Source: Candidatus Limenecus avicola (GTDB lineage Bacteria; Cyanobacteriota; Vampirovibrionia; Gastranaerophilales; Gastranaerophilaceae). Taken from it: a DNA stretch of 64,000 nucleotides. The notes under the pieces are model-generated. The model worked only from the letters and a program-made list of their open reading frames with translations, made no database searches and had not been told where the DNA came from. The stretch covers positions 249-64,248 of the forward strand of contig DVOD01000046.1 of the NCBI GenBank assembly GCA_018713865.1, in the 5' to 3' direction. Numbering within the stretch: position 1 is the first letter of the stretch; each line of letters begins with the position of its first letter. This document shows positions 29,072-38,965 of this stretch, one piece after another. Made by a program: the position numbers and the translations under genes.

Positions 29072-30913
29072 TTACCATTGTATAAATACAAGACCGGAAG
29101 CACCCTGACCGCCGTTGCCTGCACTATAATTTGATGAGGTTTCGACAGTAACTGTACCGCCGCCACCACCGGCACCCGCACCATAAATATTGTTAAACCC
29201 TGAGACAGCTTCACCGTTTCTGAACATGGTTTGTGTTGCACCGTGAATAGAGTCATTGCCTTCAAACAATCCGCCCAGACCGCCTGTACCGGTTTTTTTA
29301 TTAGTCAAAACGTTTGACAATATACCGTTTCCGCCAACAGGCATACCTGCATCGTTATAATCTGATGAATATGTTTCATCATCATTTGGCACAACCATTG
29401 GCGCCCCTGTACCTTGCAAAACATGGGATCCGTTTTTAATGTAAGAAGATTGCCCCTCAGAACCTGCGGTGACTTCGTTATTACGATAACTGCTTCCGCC
29501 AATACCAATTGACTTTCTGACATTGGGTGCACCTTGTCCGCCCTTGCCTCCTTTGCCTGGGAACAGAAGTGTTTTTTGAGGCATTTCCGCATATGGAAGC
29601 TGCAGCACACTACCGGCATTGCCGCCTTTACCTGCAAAAACTTCAATATATTTGTATGCCACTACACCGCTGCCTCCATTACGAATACCGGATTCATAAT
29701 ATTTGCATGCCCCATCGTCTACTTCACCTGCTGAGCCGGAGGCAAAAGGGGTCTCTTGGTTTTCTGAACCAGAAATACCAAATTCTTCCATAAATGGTTT
29801 TGTCATCATTGAGTTTCTATAAGGACGAAGTGCATTCAACCCGCCTTGCATTGCATATGTACTATGCAATCTGTCAGAAGGCTTAACACTCCAGGTACAA
29901 CCGGCATTGCTTTTACGAAATGTCTTTATATTCCAATTTTCATCAAGTGTATAAGCCCCTATTCTTTCATGTTCATACCAGGTGGGGATATGTGTTTCTA
30001 CTTTGGCACGGTTAATTGTAAAACCTTTATAGGCATACCCGCCTGGAGCCCCTGAACGAGCAGCCGATTGTATGGGCCCTTGTTGGTTTTCTCCCACCTG
30101 TCTTGAGACATTACCTTTTGAAACATAATTTGACTGTACAAAACCCGAACCTGCTGATGTAGTATAACTGGTTTTGTAATAGAGCCAGTTTGGATCTTCA
30201 TTGTAATCCATGGTAAAACCACCGCCTCCGCCCTGCGCAATGATTGTGGAATTGTCTTTATCATTGAGTCTTACGGAAGAATCGCCACCGTCATAACCTG
30301 CGTGTGCACCAATATTTGCACCGCTGCCGCCAGCTCCGATTACAACGTTTACCTGTGTGCCTTTGGGTAAGAATTTGTAATTTGATACAACAACAGCACC
30401 TGGAGACCCTGTACCGGCACAAGCCCATCCTGTTTTTGCATTGTAGCAGTTGCTCTTTCTCATCCACACAGAGCCGCCGCTGCCCCCGGCACCGGCTACA
30501 AGAAATTGATAATACGCCGGTTCTTCAATAGTTTTTGTTGTATTTTGGGTAAACATGCGAGAACCAGTCATAATTCCGGCGCCAGCACCACCACCGCCTC
30601 CGCCGACTATTGTTGCTACAAAGTTTTTGGCATTGGTCGGAGGATTAAATTCGCAGCCATAACGCTGTTCTTCGGAATCAAAGACAACTTTTCCATCTGA
30701 TTCCTGTCCGTTTATGATATATTTTGCTACGAGATTATCACCATTCCAGTAACAGGCATATACACCGTGCGGAAGATTAATCCTTGCTTTGTGTTTTTTT
30801 GTAATTACCGGAGCGGAAGCTATTGCAATAACACATATTACCAACAGTGTTATCAATGCCTCTGCAAGTGAAAACGCATTTGCTGCGACGATAGCATTTT
30901 TTGTTTTTTTCAT
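29072..30913 (-). CDS. Large glycine-rich protein with a prepilin-type (class III) N-terminal signal
   Basis: N-terminus MKKTKNAIVAANA|FSLAEALITLLVICVIAIA, with Glu at +5 and a hydrophobic helix. More than 10 strand-plus-Gly-loop units (VATIVGGGGGGAGAG, FLVAGAGGSGGS, VVIGAGGSGAN, IIAQGGGGGF, YGAGAGGGGGTVTV, GNGGQGASGLVFIQW). RBS AAAGGAG. Confidence 0.7.
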   Translation of the reverse strand: MKKTKNAIVAANAFSLAEALITLLVICVIAIASAPVITKKHKARINLPHGVYACYWNGDNLVAKYIINGQESDGKVVFDSEEQRYGCEFNPPTNAKNFVATIVGGGGGGAGAGIMTGSRMFTQNTTKTIEEPAYYQFLVAGAGGSGGSVWMRKSNCYNAKTGWACAGTGSPGAVVVSNYKFLPKGTQVNVVIGAGGSGANIGAHAGYDGGDSSVRLNDKDNSTIIAQGGGGGFTMDYNEDPNWLYYKTSYTTSAGSGFVQSNYVSKGNVSRQVGENQQGPIQSAARSGAPGGYAYKGFTINRAKVETHIPTWYEHERIGAYTLDENWNIKTFRKSNAGCTWSVKPSDRLHSTYAMQGGLNALRPYRNSMMTKPFMEEFGISGSENQETPFASGSAGEVDDGACKYYESGIRNGGSGVVAYKYIEVFAGKGGNAGSVLQLPYAEMPQKTLLFPGKGGKGGQGAPNVRKSIGIGGSSYRNNEVTAGSEGQSSYIKNGSHVLQGTGAPMVVPNDDETYSSDYNDAGMPVGGNGILSNVLTNKKTGTGGLGGLFEGNDSIHGATQTMFRNGEAVSGFNNIYGAGAGGGGGTVTVETSSNYSAGNGGQGASGLVFIQW

Positions 30914-31120
30914 TTGTTCTCCTTTGGGCGTTATGACTATGATATAACTTGAGTCGGCACGTTATAAAGAGAACTTGACATTATCCACCGTCACTTATCT
31001 TATCTTATAGAAAAGCTTACGTGGTCTAATTTTCAGGGTCAAGAAATTCAACTTTACATTAATTAACATTTGTGAATTTCGGTAATATTTGTTTACATTT
31101 TTAGATGTTGAAAATCTTTA

Positions 31121-32185
31121 TTACAGATATTTTTCTATTTGAGTTTTTACTTCTTCAACAGAAATATCTTTTATGCATTGGTAATCTCTTTTGCATTTTT
31201 TCTTTAAGCCGCAAGGTTGACAGGGGAGGTTTGTTTTTATGATTGCAGAATTTTCTTCAAAAGCCCGCCATTTTTCAGTATTCATAGGGCCATAAATCCC
31301 TATTGCAGGCACATTTACAGAAGCAGCTATGTGAAGATTCCCGCTGTCACAGCCGGCAATTAGGTCACACAACTGTGTGAAAGCAAGAGTATGGCGCAAA
31401 GAAAACTTTCCGCAAAAGTTTATTGGTTGTATTTTCAAGTCTTCTGTCACAAAAGACATAATTTCTTCATAAGTTGCAGAATCATTTTTTGTTCCGTTAA
31501 AAACTACCTGCACATTCTTTTCGTTGGCCAGCCATTTGACAATTTCCGCCCATTTATCCTTTGCCCACTCTTTTTTACGGTTTCCGCTTGTTGCATGGAT
31601 AATCACTCTTTTTAGCCCGTTGTCAAAGTTTATGCCCTGGTTTATCATTTCAGCTTTAACTTGTTCAGTTTCTTGCTGTGTAACCCAGTTTTCCAGATAG
31701 TTGTCTTTTGGCATAATCTTGTCTGCTCTTAACACATCTAAAAAGCACTCTATTTCGTGCCTGTCTTCTATGTATGGCACGCTTTTTGTCAGAAGAAAGC
31801 TTCTGCACTCTGTATTAAAGCCTATTCTTTGCTTTATCCCGGCTGCAAAAGCAAGAAATGCGCTGGACAAAGAACGTTTGAGAACATATGCTTTATCGTA
31901 TTTTTGTGCACGAAGATATTTTACATAGTATAAAAAGTCTTTTTTGCTTTGACCGTCCTTATTTTCGTATCGGTGTTTTTTTGTTGTGTCAAAATAGATA
32001 AAATTATCCACATACGGGCATTTATCAATAATTTCTCCGGACACAGGCGCAATCATAAGGTCTATTTGAGCATCAGGATATGCATAGCGAAGATTTCTCA
32101 AAAAGGGTACGGTCAAAATTGTATCGCCAATAAAGCGATATCTCATTACAAGAATCTTTTGTTTTTTATTATCCTTATTCATCAA
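31121..32185 (-). CDS. Glycosyltransferase family 9 (LPS heptosyltransferase-like)
   Basis: ILVMRYRFIGDTILTVPFLRNLRYAYPDAQIDL N-terminus and a C-terminal GCDSGNLHIAA-type motif. Adjacent to lpxK. Confidence 0.8.
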   Translation of the reverse strand: MMNKDNKKQKILVMRYRFIGDTILTVPFLRNLRYAYPDAQIDLMIAPVSGEIIDKCPYVDNFIYFDTTKKHRYENKDGQSKKDFLYYVKYLRAQKYDKAYVLKRSLSSAFLAFAAGIKQRIGFNTECRSFLLTKSVPYIEDRHEIECFLDVLRADKIMPKDNYLENWVTQQETEQVKAEMINQGINFDNGLKRVIIHATSGNRKKEWAKDKWAEIVKWLANEKNVQVVFNGTKNDSATYEEIMSFVTEDLKIQPINFCGKFSLRHTLAFTQLCDLIAGCDSGNLHIAASVNVPAIGIYGPMNTEKWRAFEENSAIIKTNLPCQPCGLKKKCKRDYQCIKDISVEEVKTQIEKYL

Positions 32186-33245
32186 GCAGGCCTTTCAAAT
32201 CTAGGACGGGTTTGAGCTTTAGTGCAAAGATACCTTCATCAGTGTCCAGTATTTCCTTGAGTTTTACAGCATCTTTTTCCGTAGTAATCATACATTTTGC
32301 ACCATATTTTTCTTTCAGTGCTTTCAATTCTTCTACATCATCTTTTGTATAAATATGATGGTCGGAAAAGTCTTTTGTATCAAGGACATCATATCTTCGT
32401 AAAAACTTGTAAAACTGTTCCGGCTGGGCTATTGCGCTAAAAGCAATAACAGGAGCATCGTCTTCTATGAGTTTTTCGGTTTTAATGTTATAAACAATAT
32501 CAGGCACCATAGAACAAACAAATGCAGGTTTGTTGTATTTTTTTCTTAAGTACCTTGCAAAACTTTTTGCTTTCTTGTCATTAAAGCTTTTATTGACCAC
32601 TACGATTTTATCAGCTCTTTTTATTTCAGACAGGGGTTCTCTTAATGCGCCCAGAGGCAATACACACCCGTTAGAAAATTGTTTTTCACTGTCTGTAACG
32701 AGAATATTGAGGTCACGGCCTATTTTTTGGTGCTGAAAACCATCATCAAGTATAAGTTTTGTACAATGCAGAGAGTTTTTTGCAAATTTTGCTGCCTTAA
32801 CACGGCTGGAGCAAGTCAAAACAGCACATTTAGGGCAATGAGAGGCAAGCCAGTATGGTTCATCGCCCGCTTCCAGAGCATTGTGATGGATTGTGAGCCC
32901 ATCAGATACAACATTAACGTCTTTATTAGGCAGCTGCCCTCCGTAGCCTCTTGAAAGGATAGCAGGATAGTCGCCTTTTTTTGCAAAATAATTTGCAATC
33001 TCGGCAGTAATCGGCGTTTTGCCTGTTCCTCCTGTAGTCAAATTTCCTACTGAAACTGTATAAAGATGAGGTTTATAAGATTTTAGGAGATTTTTTTTGT
33101 AAAGAAAGTTTCTTGTTTTAACAATGCAAAGATAAACAAGAGACGGCAATGACAAAACAGCATACAAAACACCTGCCATAATCATTTGTACAGGTGTAAA
33201 GTGTTTTTTATAATGAAAATTTGTTAAAAATACTTTCATTGTCAA
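32175..33245 (-). CDS. lpxK: Tetraacyldisaccharide 4'-kinase
   Basis: N-terminal TM and P-loop VSVGNLTTGGTGKTP. Size and layout typical of LpxK. Confidence 0.88.
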   Translation of the reverse strand: MTMKVFLTNFHYKKHFTPVQMIMAGVLYAVLSLPSLVYLCIVKTRNFLYKKNLLKSYKPHLYTVSVGNLTTGGTGKTPITAEIANYFAKKGDYPAILSRGYGGQLPNKDVNVVSDGLTIHHNALEAGDEPYWLASHCPKCAVLTCSSRVKAAKFAKNSLHCTKLILDDGFQHQKIGRDLNILVTDSEKQFSNGCVLPLGALREPLSEIKRADKIVVVNKSFNDKKAKSFARYLRKKYNKPAFVCSMVPDIVYNIKTEKLIEDDAPVIAFSAIAQPEQFYKFLRRYDVLDTKDFSDHHIYTKDDVEELKALKEKYGAKCMITTEKDAVKLKEILDTDEGIFALKLKPVLDLKGLLDE

Positions 33246-33259
33246 AGCCTTATTTTAAG

Positions 33260-34540
33260 TTAGAGCAAAATCCCCGCAATGCATGCTGAAAGATACGATG
33301 CCAGAGTACCGCAAAACAGTGCTTTTACACCAAGTTTTGCAAGATCTTTTCTTCTGTTAGGAGCAAGTTCTCCAATACCGCCGATTTGTATTGCAATAGA
33401 ACCCAGGTTTGCAAAGCCGCAAAGTGCAAAAGTAGCAACAACAATACTTTTTTGGCTCAAAACAGGTTTTAAAGCAGTCAGGTCAAGGTATGCAATAAAC
33501 TCGTTAAACACAAGTTTTGTGCCCATTAACGCACCGACATCCATAGCCTCTTTAAAAGGCACGCCCATTGCAACTGCAAACAGCGAGAATATACTACCAA
33601 GGATTTCCTTTAAAGACAGGTGTGTTAAATCTATGTGTATAAAAGACAAATTCATATGCAAAACATTTGCCATAAACAGACCCAAATGACCGAGCATCCA
33701 ATCAACCATGGATATTAAAGCAGTAAGAGCAATAAGCATTGCTATTACATTAATAGAAACTTTCATACCGTCTGAGGCACCGTGAGCTATTGAATCTATA
33801 AGGTTTACGTGTGTTTTTTTAATTTCTATTTTTACATCGTTTTTAGTCTGCGGTTCATCAGTTTCAGGGTAAACTATTTTTGAAATAACAAGTGCGCCCG
33901 GCGCAGCCATGATAGATGCGGCAAGCAGATACTCAGCAGGAATACCCATTCCCACATACATAGCCATTACGCCACCCGCAATACAAGCCATTGAGCCTGT
34001 CATAGAAGCAAGAAGCTCTGACATTGTCATTGTGGCAAGGTAGGGTTTAATCATAATTTGCGCTTCTACCTGTCCGACAAAAGCAGATGCTATATTAGAC
34101 AAAGATTCTGCACCTGAAACATTCATCAATTTGTACATAACTTTAGCACATGCTTCCACAACCCTTTGCATAATTCCGTAGTAATAAAGTATATTTACAA
34201 GAATCAAAATAAAGATAATTGTCGGTATGAGTTTTAACGCAAATATAAAACCTGCTCCGGCGCCGAACAGTTCTTCCATTTTTACGGGATTATTAGTTAA
34301 CACGCCGAATACAAAATTTCCGCCTTCGTTTGAAAAATCAAGAATCTTCTGGATAAACATCCCAATTGCGTGGAACATATTTTTGCCCAGAGGCGTTTTT
34401 AAAACAAACACCGCAAGCAATACCTGAAGGACAAACCCCGGAATTATTGTTTTTAGAGAAATTGCCTTCCTATTGTTGGAAAATGCATATGCAATCCCTA
34501 AAATAAGTACTATACCGATGATTCCGACAAATCTATCCAT
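33260..34540 (-). CDS. nupC: NupC/CNT-family concentrative nucleoside transporter
   Basis: Polytopic 426-aa membrane protein. N-terminus MDRFVGIIGIVLILGIAYAFSNNRKAI and CNT-type conserved blocks. Confidence 0.8.
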   Translation of the reverse strand: MDRFVGIIGIVLILGIAYAFSNNRKAISLKTIIPGFVLQVLLAVFVLKTPLGKNMFHAIGMFIQKILDFSNEGGNFVFGVLTNNPVKMEELFGAGAGFIFALKLIPTIIFILILVNILYYYGIMQRVVEACAKVMYKLMNVSGAESLSNIASAFVGQVEAQIMIKPYLATMTMSELLASMTGSMACIAGGVMAMYVGMGIPAEYLLAASIMAAPGALVISKIVYPETDEPQTKNDVKIEIKKTHVNLIDSIAHGASDGMKVSINVIAMLIALTALISMVDWMLGHLGLFMANVLHMNLSFIHIDLTHLSLKEILGSIFSLFAVAMGVPFKEAMDVGALMGTKLVFNEFIAYLDLTALKPVLSQKSIVVATFALCGFANLGSIAIQIGGIGELAPNRRKDLAKLGVKALFCGTLASYLSACIAGILL

Positions 34541-34712
34541 AATGCTTCCTTTATATTCTGTTAAAACAATTGTACTTAAATAGCTTTTAAATTACTAAAC
34601 ATTTTTTATATATTTTTGATATTTGTAACAAAGTTAACAATTATTTCAAAAATCATGCAAAAACAAAGATGTTTTTGTTTTATTAGTACTGTGAAAGTGT
34701 GAAGGGAAAATT

Positions 34713-35060
34713 ATGACTAACCCCGTATCAATGCAGGGACAACAAAATTACAGCTATTACCAGCCTTTAAAGGCAGGACATTTTGTCGTAAACCCGCCTG
34801 TTATAAGGCCACACTCTTTTTATGACGAAATAAAAGTAGACAAAGAATTCTACAACGAGCTGCTAAACCCCAAGAGCAAAGCATTCTTTCACAAGCCTGT
34901 TGCAATGAAAACCCAAAAGCCCAAAAACAGGTTAAAAAGGCTGCTTACCTGGACTGCAATAATAGCCGGTGCTATTGTATGCTATGCAAAAAGAAACTTA
35001 ATAAAAACCTTTATTACAAATACTTATGATAAAATAAAAAATCATATAAAGCGTAAATAA
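34713..35060 (+). CDS. Hypothetical protein with a C-terminal TM anchor
   Basis: 115 aa. TM WTAIIAGAIVCYA near the C-terminus. RBS GAAGGGA upstream. Confidence 0.45.
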   Translation: MTNPVSMQGQQNYSYYQPLKAGHFVVNPPVIRPHSFYDEIKVDKEFYNELLNPKSKAFFHKPVAMKTQKPKNRLKRLLTWTAIIAGAIVCYAKRNLIKTFITNTYDKIKNHIKRK

Positions 35061-35061
35061 A

Positions 35062-35841
35062 ATGGATACCAATTCTAAACAGAATAAATCGAATAAACAG
35101 AATAACACTGCCGCTCAAAACGGCGCAAACCCTTTGGACAAAAAGGATTTTTTTCAGCTGACCAAACAACAGCTGTCTGTTAATATCGAAAAATACGAAA
35201 CTGTTTTAAAAACGCCACCTGTGACGATTTTCAACACAAAACAAATTGATGATAAAAAGCTGCAGGAAAGACCGGTTGTTTTTCAAAAAAGGATTAATTC
35301 CACAGACTCTGCAATGCTGGAAGAAAGCGCATATATTGCACTGGATGATCAGGAATTGAAGCTTGAAAAGCGCATTGAAAGCTACGAAAACTCTCTCAGT
35401 CAGATAAATGAAAAACTCGTTGTTGCACAAACAATAAACGACGAAAAAGCTATCAAAGAACTTTTGTCAGGAAAAAAACTGATTGAAAGAAACCTTGCAA
35501 ACTTGCAGCAGCAGTATCAGCAGCAAAACTTTGAAACCGGATTGACCAGTGCTCTTACAAAAGCAATGAATTTTCCGCAAAAGATGAAAGAAAATTTGCA
35601 AAAAGCATTTAAATCATTTTTACGTCGTTCAAAATTTTTAAGAAAATATACCCCCCTGGTCAAAGCAATGATGGTCAAAGACACGCTTGGCAAGCTGGAC
35701 AAAATAAACAAATCCGTAGATGAGCTTGTAAAAATGAAGGTGCCGTTTGGTGAGCAGGAAGAAAGGTATGAAACTTTAGTTAACCATCTTTCCAGAGCAG
35801 GTGCACTGCATTCACAGATATTAAAAGAATTAAACGGATAA
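35062..35841 (+). CDS. Hypothetical coiled-coil protein
   Basis: 259 aa with a Gln/Asn/Lys-rich N-terminus and long heptad-like stretches. Starts 1 nt after the preceding stop. Confidence 0.5.
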   Translation: MDTNSKQNKSNKQNNTAAQNGANPLDKKDFFQLTKQQLSVNIEKYETVLKTPPVTIFNTKQIDDKKLQERPVVFQKRINSTDSAMLEESAYIALDDQELKLEKRIESYENSLSQINEKLVVAQTINDEKAIKELLSGKKLIERNLANLQQQYQQQNFETGLTSALTKAMNFPQKMKENLQKAFKSFLRRSKFLRKYTPLVKAMMVKDTLGKLDKINKSVDELVKMKVPFGEQEERYETLVNHLSRAGALHSQILKELNG

Positions 35842-37146
35842 ATTTCGTAAATATTCCAACGAACGGTTGGAAAGCATCTCATTTTTAAGTTTTTTATTCT
35901 TTTTAATTTTCCTGTCTACGTTTAATTCCTCGACAATGCCCCAGTTGGAATTTATGGGTTGGAAGTGTTTTTGTTCACAATCGCATATATAGTGAGTTAA
36001 TGCTCCAAGCATTGTTATATTGGGTAAAACAAGAAGCGCTTCACCTTTTAAAAAGCGTGCCATATTTATACCGGCAAGCATGCCTGTAGCAATAGATTCT
36101 GTATAGCCTTCGGTGCCTGTGAGTTGACCAGCAAAAAACAGATCTTTTCTTGTTCTGCATTGTAAAGAAGGCTCCAGCAATTGCGGGCTGTTGATAAAAG
36201 TATTTCTATGCATTACACCATAGCGCAGAATATTGGCATTTTCCAACCCCGGAATAGCTTGAAGCAGCTCCTTTTGGCTTCCCCATTTGAGGTTTGTCTG
36301 AAAACCGACAAGATTATACATAGTAGCACTACGGTTATCCTGTCGAAGCTGAACAACCGCATAATTTTCCACACCCGTTCTTTTATCTACAAGTCCAACA
36401 GGCTTCATCGGCCCGAAACGAAGAGTGTCCACGCCTCTGGATGCAAGCACTTCTATTGGAAGACAGGATTCAAAAAACTTAGCATCTTTTTCAAATTCTT
36501 TGAGTTCTATTTTTGGTGCAGTTGTAAGAATACGATAAAAATTTTCATACTCTTCTTTATTCATGGGGCAGTTGATATAAGAAGCTTCTCCCTTATCATA
36601 GCGGCTTGCATAAAAAGCCTTGTCAAAATTTATAGAGTCTTTTTCAACAATCGGAGCTATTGCATCAAAAAAGTGCAAATGTTCACTACCCGTAAAACTT
36701 TTTATATCCTCGGCAAGATCCGCCGATGTTAAAGGACCGGATGCAAGTATTACAGGGCCTTCTTGAGGGATAGTTTTTACCTCTTCTCTGATTATATTTA
36801 TATTATGCTCCTGCAAGAGTTGTTCTACTTTTTGGGAGAACAATTCTCTGTCGATTGCCAGTGCATTGCCGGCAGGGACTTTGACTTCATGCGCAACTTG
36901 TATAAGGAAAGAGCCTAAAATTGACATTTCCTGTTTTAAAAGTCCGCTTGCATTTGTGGGGTCGATAGAGCCAAGACTGTTACTGCACACAAATTCTGCC
37001 GGATTTTGTGTGGAATGCGCTCCGGTTGTTTTATTAGGACGCATTTCATAAAGATCAACAGCAACACCATTTTTGGCTAGCTGAAGAGCTGCCTCACAGC
37101 CTGCCAAACCGGCGCCTATAACTTTTACCCTGCAATCTGTTGTCAT
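35830..37146 (-). CDS. trmFO: Methylenetetrahydrofolate--tRNA-(uracil-5-)-methyltransferase TrmFO
   Basis: FAD-binding VIGAGLAGCEAALQLA N-terminus. GidA-related, 438 aa. Confidence 0.92.
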   Translation of the reverse strand: MTTDCRVKVIGAGLAGCEAALQLAKNGVAVDLYEMRPNKTTGAHSTQNPAEFVCSNSLGSIDPTNASGLLKQEMSILGSFLIQVAHEVKVPAGNALAIDRELFSQKVEQLLQEHNINIIREEVKTIPQEGPVILASGPLTSADLAEDIKSFTGSEHLHFFDAIAPIVEKDSINFDKAFYASRYDKGEASYINCPMNKEEYENFYRILTTAPKIELKEFEKDAKFFESCLPIEVLASRGVDTLRFGPMKPVGLVDKRTGVENYAVVQLRQDNRSATMYNLVGFQTNLKWGSQKELLQAIPGLENANILRYGVMHRNTFINSPQLLEPSLQCRTRKDLFFAGQLTGTEGYTESIATGMLAGINMARFLKGEALLVLPNITMLGALTHYICDCEQKHFQPINSNWGIVEELNVDRKIKKNKKLKNEMLSNRSLEYLRNLSV

Positions 37147-38150
37147 TACTGTATCATCTCATCATAAGATTCAAGGTCGTTGTAATTAAACATATTCACA
37201 AACTGATACAACAATTCGGGGAAGAATTTTTTTGTACCGACTTCGAGCATTATACGAAGAGCCTCTTTGGTATTTTTAACCTTATGCACAGTTTTGTTAG
37301 AGGTAAGGTCATCAAAAAAGCTGCATAAACCTACAACGCGTGTGAGTTTGCTTATTTGTTCTCCTGAAAGTTTGAAAGGATAACCCGAGCCGTCATTATT
37401 TTCGTGGTGTTCGAGTGCAACAAGGCAGATATCTTCCGGCAGACCCATTTCATATTTCAGAATTTTGTAGCCCATGTGTGTATGTTTTTGAAAAAGTTTG
37501 TTATCCTGCTGGGACAAACTGGTTTTTTCAAGTATTTCTTTTGGAAGTCTTGTCATTCCAATATCATGGAGCAAAGATGCCTGTGCCAGTTTTTCTATGA
37601 CATCTTCATCATACTCGAGCTTGTAACCCATTGCAGTAGCCAGAATAGCTGTATTTAATGCGTGGCAGTCATTGTAGTTGCCGAGCAATTTGAGTTGAGA
37701 GCAGAATTTAACTTCCTGAATAACAGACTGAACGTCATCAAGTATTTTATCCTTGATTTCGTCAACCATTTGGATTGCATCTTTATTTGCATTTTCTCTC
37801 AGCGCAAACATTGTTGTTGCGTAGTATGACTTCATATCTACCTGTGATTGCGCTTTAAACTTTGATTTTCTGTTAACAGTTTTGTCAAAGACAATTTCTT
37901 TTGGTTTTGCAGGCTCAAAAGATTCTTCTTCCATAGGCGCAACAGGAGCCGCAGGTGCCATATGTGTTGTGGGGCGGCTTTCTGTATGTTTTGGTGTAGA
38001 TTTAAACAAAACATCATACTGACTTATTTGAAGCAGCTTACCGGAAGTAAGAATTTCACCAGCATCTACAAGTTTTTCCCCGTTTTCGTTATATAAATCA
38101 AAGGGGAGCATTTTATATTTTACTAATTCTTCTACAGGAATTTTTTCCAT
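37146..38150 (-). CDS. HD-GYP domain protein (predicted c-di-GMP phosphodiesterase)
   Basis: LLHDIGM (HD) and HHENNDGSGYP (GYP) motifs. Its stop overlaps the trmFO start (TAATG). Confidence 0.85.
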   Translation of the reverse strand: MEKIPVEELVKYKMLPFDLYNENGEKLVDAGEILTSGKLLQISQYDVLFKSTPKHTESRPTTHMAPAAPVAPMEEESFEPAKPKEIVFDKTVNRKSKFKAQSQVDMKSYYATTMFALRENANKDAIQMVDEIKDKILDDVQSVIQEVKFCSQLKLLGNYNDCHALNTAILATAMGYKLEYDEDVIEKLAQASLLHDIGMTRLPKEILEKTSLSQQDNKLFQKHTHMGYKILKYEMGLPEDICLVALEHHENNDGSGYPFKLSGEQISKLTRVVGLCSFFDDLTSNKTVHKVKNTKEALRIMLEVGTKKFFPELLYQFVNMFNYNDLESYDEMIQ

Positions 38151-38281
38151 GGGAACCCAACTATAATCGTACCGTACAATAATAATTATAGGCTACTTTC
38201 TCGGATTTGCAAACAATACGTTTATATGATTTTAAATTATTGATATAATAAGAAATATAACGTAACAAGCAGGAGCTGAAT

Positions 38282-38965
38282 ATGAATTCTACTACAATTA
38301 AATACATTGGCCACAGTGCTTTTTATTTTGAAACAGGCAGCCACGGGATACTTGTGGACCCTTTTATTTCCAACAATCCTGTTGCAAAATTCAATTATAA
38401 AGAAGAAATCATAACCGATATATTTTTGACTCACGCACATGCAGATCACATGGGTGATGCAATACCTATTTCACGTGCGACAAAAGCCCCTATCACCGCT
38501 ATATTTGAACTGGCAAATTATTGCATGGCCAAAGGTGCTCTTGTTGAAGGTGTTAATTTTGGAGGTAAATTATCATACCCCTGGGGATTTGCAAGGTTTC
38601 TGCCTGCATTCCACAGCAGCTCCACTCCTGACGGGCAGTATGCGGGAATGCCTGCTTCCATAATGTTTGAAATAAACGGTACTAAAATTTATCACGCAGG
38701 TGATACGTGCCTTAACTCAGAGATGAAAACAGCCGGCGAGGTTTACAAACCTGATATTGCATTTTTACCGGTAGGTTCATTTTATACAATGGACAAAAAT
38801 GAAGCAGCACTGGCTGCAAAATGGCTGGGCGTAAAAAAAGTAATTCCAATGCATTATAACACTTTTGATGCAATCAAAACCGACATTCAAGAATTCAAAA
38901 ATATGATTGAAAAAGAAGGCATAGAATGTATTATTCTTAAACCGGGAGAAAGTCTGGAGCTGTAA
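38282..38965 (+). CDS. UPF0173-type metallo-beta-lactamase-fold hydrolase
   Basis: KYIGHSAFYFETG ... LVDPF ... THAHADHMGD. 227 aa. Confidence 0.8.
   Translation: MNSTTIKYIGHSAFYFETGSHGILVDPFISNNPVAKFNYKEEIITDIFLTHAHADHMGDAIPISRATKAPITAIFELANYCMAKGALVEGVNFGGKLSYPWGFARFLPAFHSSSTPDGQYAGMPASIMFEINGTKIYHAGDTCLNSEMKTAGEVYKPDIAFLPVGSFYTMDKNEAALAAKWLGVKKVIPMHYNTFDAIKTDIQEFKNMIEKEGIECIILKPGESLEL

Noticed and set aside
28969-30700. A series of ORFs overlapping the glycine-rich gene on both strands (28969-29265, 29305-29646, 29527-29793, 29998-30264, 30304-30531 and others).
   Set aside because: GGN-rich coding sequence keeps alternative frames open. Their translations are Cys/His/Leu-rich with no signals. 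The 613-aa frame has the RBS, the terminator and a coherent repeat architecture.
32004-32012. A perfect DnaA box TTATCCACA, plus an 8/9 box TTATCCACC at 30981-30989, within a few kb of dnaA.
   Set aside because: The first lies inside the GT9 coding sequence. Both are isolated, and one perfect 9-mer in 64 kb on two strands is about what chance predicts. No cluster or adjacent AT-rich unwinding element was seen, so this is not called as oriC.
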